A DNA stretch of 64,000 bases from Takakia lepidozioides (lineage: Eukaryota; Plantae; Bryophyta): contig CM060732.1 of assembly GCA_030704615.1 (NCBI GenBank), forward strand, positions 32,178,001 through 32,242,000, written 5' to 3'. Below, piece after piece: positions 62,409-64,000 of this stretch. Position 1 is the first letter of the stretch; each line of letters begins with the position of its first letter. The notes beneath the pieces were generated by a model. That model made no database searches, was not told the DNA's origin, and was given only the letters and a program-made list of their open reading frames with translations. The position numbers and the translations under genes were made by a program.

Positions 62409-64000
62409 CCTAAATTCAGACTGGCTCATTTGCATTTCGCCATTACACGTACCAAAACAGACTCTCCCTACTGTATCTTCGAGTTCCAATGTCCCCACAC
62501 CTAGACGAAGGAATTCCAGAGCGACGGTAATGAGTGTTCCATCTATTGACAAATTTTCCAGTTCACAACAGACCTTTGAGACGCTGCTTCTGCTGCATTT
62601 GTGCGTGCAGTGGCCATTTCTTCATAAGTCCCTAAATGTACCATACCCAACTGGCATCCTCAGCTCCAAACCCGATTACATTTTATGAAGCTTCACAGTT
62701 GCACTCCTGCATAATTCAATTCCACACCTGACTGCCTAGCGAGAAACGAATACCATGGAAGCACCCAAAGCAGGCAGCCGCAGCAATGCCGTTCACACTG
62801 AACCCCCCAAAAAACCCAATTGAGGAAAATGCTGAGTGACCAGTCCGAGAAGGCGGCGGCAGCTCACTACTGAGGCCAGATTCTTTCACCGAGTCTGCGC
62901 ACAATTGAAGAGCGATTGAAGAGAAGCAGTCTCGCAGGCTCGCAGGCCTGCACGCAAGCTTGCCCTTGTATGGCCCTTGGTTTCACAGTGACCCGGGGCC
63001 CCCAATGTCGACCCGAATCGGCCCGCGCTCTATAGCGCGGGAAACTGGACCCGGTGGAAGGCCGGGTCGTGGCTTGAGGGCTGATAGCGGGAGGAGGCGT
63101 TAGAGAAAGGGGCTATGGCTTTACAGTGCTCGCTCGTGTCTCTCGCGTGTCTCGTGCCTTCCCTCTGCGTCTGATTGCCAAGCAACTCCACCGGATCCAG
63201 TTCTGGCGACAGTGAGCTTTCTGCTATCCCCTTTACGCTTTGCGAAGTGGGTTGACTGTGCTTTTCTGTTTTTCCTTGATGTTGCTGGCACGAAGGTTTG
63301 CCTTTTCGGTGAAATTTCTTTGTTCTTTTCTCCTTGATCGGTTTCCACATGCCTTCGTTTTCTTTGGATCTTGTTTCCAAATGTATCTCTTTCATGGCCC
63401 CCCCTTGCTCCTAAGAGAGTTGGGTTCTTTGTGCCCGGCCCTAGTGAAATTAATATTGTCTCAACTCAGCCAGTCGTTCTCGCGTTCGCCTGATTATGAA
63501 CTTCGTAACAGGTGTTTGCTCTCTGTCGCTTTCTTGTGGCTGTCGTCAGGTTGTTTTTCTCACAGCACGTCTCTGTAGGTCATACTGCTCTTGCTGCAAA
63601 GAAGCTTGAATAGCGTCGTTTCTTTGCCTCTGAAGCTACCTTCCTTTCTCTTGGGTGTTCTCCTTTGCTGATGGCTCTGTTCCGCTCAGTCATGAGTCAA
63701 CTTTTTAGACTCTCCATATATCTTTTACGTGTTTATCTTCTTTCTTCAATAGTGGATGTCCCTTGGTTTAAGCTTTGCTGATGTCCTCATATATCGCACT
63801 ACCTTTGGATATTGGTTCGCCATCCATCATGCCATTGGGGTTGTGCCTCTGCTTCTCGTCAGCTGTTAGAATCTAAGGCGCATTGTGTAGGTGTTGATTC
63901 TTGTTGTTACTGGAGTTACGCATCTGTTGACCTCTGTTTAGGGGTTTATGCACAGCGGGAGGAGCAAACGTGCCTGCTAGAACAGTAATGTAGTAGCAGA

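Overview
This is eukaryotic, intron-containing DNA, probably from a non-seed land plant (inferred from the trihelix, BTB/NPH3 and rhodanese genes and the Ty3/gypsy type; the species cannot be determined). The first ~40 kb is a four-level nest of transposons. (1) A decayed L1-type LINE (35609..~39600) is interrupted by (2) a Ty3/gypsy LTR retrotransposon (35608 to <1, minus strand). The pol of this element carries a DNMT3-like C5-cytosine methyltransferase between protease and RT. (3) A 25.5-kb Mutator-like (MULE) element (2397..27854, 9-bp TSD GTTGGTATC) sits inside that methyltransferase domain. (4) A second, related 14.2-kb MULE (7890..22068) sits inside the first. Both MULEs share one plan: a GCM/DDE/SWIM transposase transcribed divergently from a spliced gene that fuses a ParB/Srx-like domain to a beta-class (N4C/N6A-type) DNA methyltransferase fold with a non-canonical DIPD motif IV. 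Each element also carries arrays of its own palindrome (GGAAATTCGGCGCCGAATTTCC in the inner, GAATGTCGTTGACGACATTC in the outer), including in the same homologous intron. This is the strongest candidate for an undescribed system. The right ~24 kb holds MITE-like remnants (one piggyBac-like with TTAA flanks), two Crinkler-type NTPase pseudogene fragments, a rhodanese fragment, a trihelix gene and a BTB/NPH3-like gene followed by ubiquitin-like domains. All domain calls come from manual motif recognition; no searches were run.
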